A stretch of 63,279 nt of DNA, counting the filler, from Lenisia limosa (Eukaryota > Protista > Breviatea): the NCBI GenBank assembly GCA_001655205.1. It is 13 parts of 13 records of this genome, joined end to end, with 100 filler letters (N's around TTAATTAATTAA, not from the genome) between each part and the next. Parts side by side here need not be neighbours in the genome. Positions count along the whole stretch, not along the records: positions 62,170 to 63,279 come from LPNZ01002904.1; 12 more parts are not named here. One strand, 5' to 3'. Below the pieces are notes generated by a model that ran no database searches, was not told the DNA's origin, and saw nothing but the letters and a program-made list of their open reading frames with translations. Positions within the stretch are counted from its first letter, which is position 1; each line of letters begins with the position of its first letter. A program made the position numbers and the translations under genes. Below, piece after piece: positions 62,849-63,279 of the stretch.

Positions 62849-63279
62849 TGGGGGGGGGGGGGNNNNNNNNNNNNNNNNNNNNNNNNNNNNNNNNNNNNNN
62901 NNNNNNNNNNNNNNNNNNNNNNNNNNNNNNNNNNNNNNNNNNNNNNNNNTGGCTGACAACACATGATGTTTAAAAACAACAAAACAAACGAAGCCAAGGC
63001 CAGTCGCTTCTGCAGCACCGCATCCCATCGGGGTAATTGGAGAATTAAGAAACAAAAATGCCCAAAATCAACTCAGTTGGCTAGAAACACACGAGGGTTA
63101 AAAACCATAACAAACAATCTCATATTACATATCATATGTATATGTGCAGTAATTTACCCCTTTTCCCCACGAGTAATTTGACATCTCCTGCGTTTGGGAA
63201 TAGTCCACTTCACCCGAGGATGCAGGACTACAGAAGTTAATAGGCAAGGCCATATTGAGTTTTCACCCCCCCCCCCCCC

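Noticed and set aside
45587-63181. Many ORF-track entries running through N gaps or antisense to real exons
   Set aside because: X-filled ORFs are gap artefacts, and most of the others are antisense shadows or intron read-through.

Overview
Not one locus: a draft eukaryotic assembly in which 13 scaffold pieces are joined by 12 artificial 100-bp linkers (N44-TTAATTAATTAA-N44), with many internal N gaps. The genes indicate an intron-rich, flagellated microbial eukaryote using the standard genetic code (RPS26 and RSP3 end in TAG; SOD and GHR end in TAA); the species cannot be named from the sequence. Recognisable genes: outer-arm dynein heavy chain (fragment), proteasome beta-1 subunit, prefoldin 3, a leishmanolysin/invadolysin (M8) protease fused to an IPT/TIG domain, Fe-SOD, RPS26, an ankyrin-repeat protein, radial spoke protein 3, EXO1, a glutathionyl-hydroquinone reductase with a putative mitochondrial presequence, cytosolic LeuRS (5' part), PH- and FHA-domain proteins, a GAF-domain cyclic nucleotide phosphodiesterase, decayed pogo-like DDE_1 transposase copies and several hypothetical multi-exon genes. 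The most striking unexplained structure is in the introns. A ~150-bp repeat (family B, 5'-GTGATGGG...TTTTACTCCCCAG-3') occurs about 15 times, always sense to the host gene, and usually supplies the intron's 3' splice site, often as head-to-tail 5'-truncated copies; it is a candidate intron-end-targeting or Introner-like mobile element. Long introns also start with G-runs and end with C-runs, carry duplicated splice junctions, and host at least four small inverted-repeat (MITE-like) families. All exon boundaries were read by eye, and coordinates of hypothetical genes are approximate.
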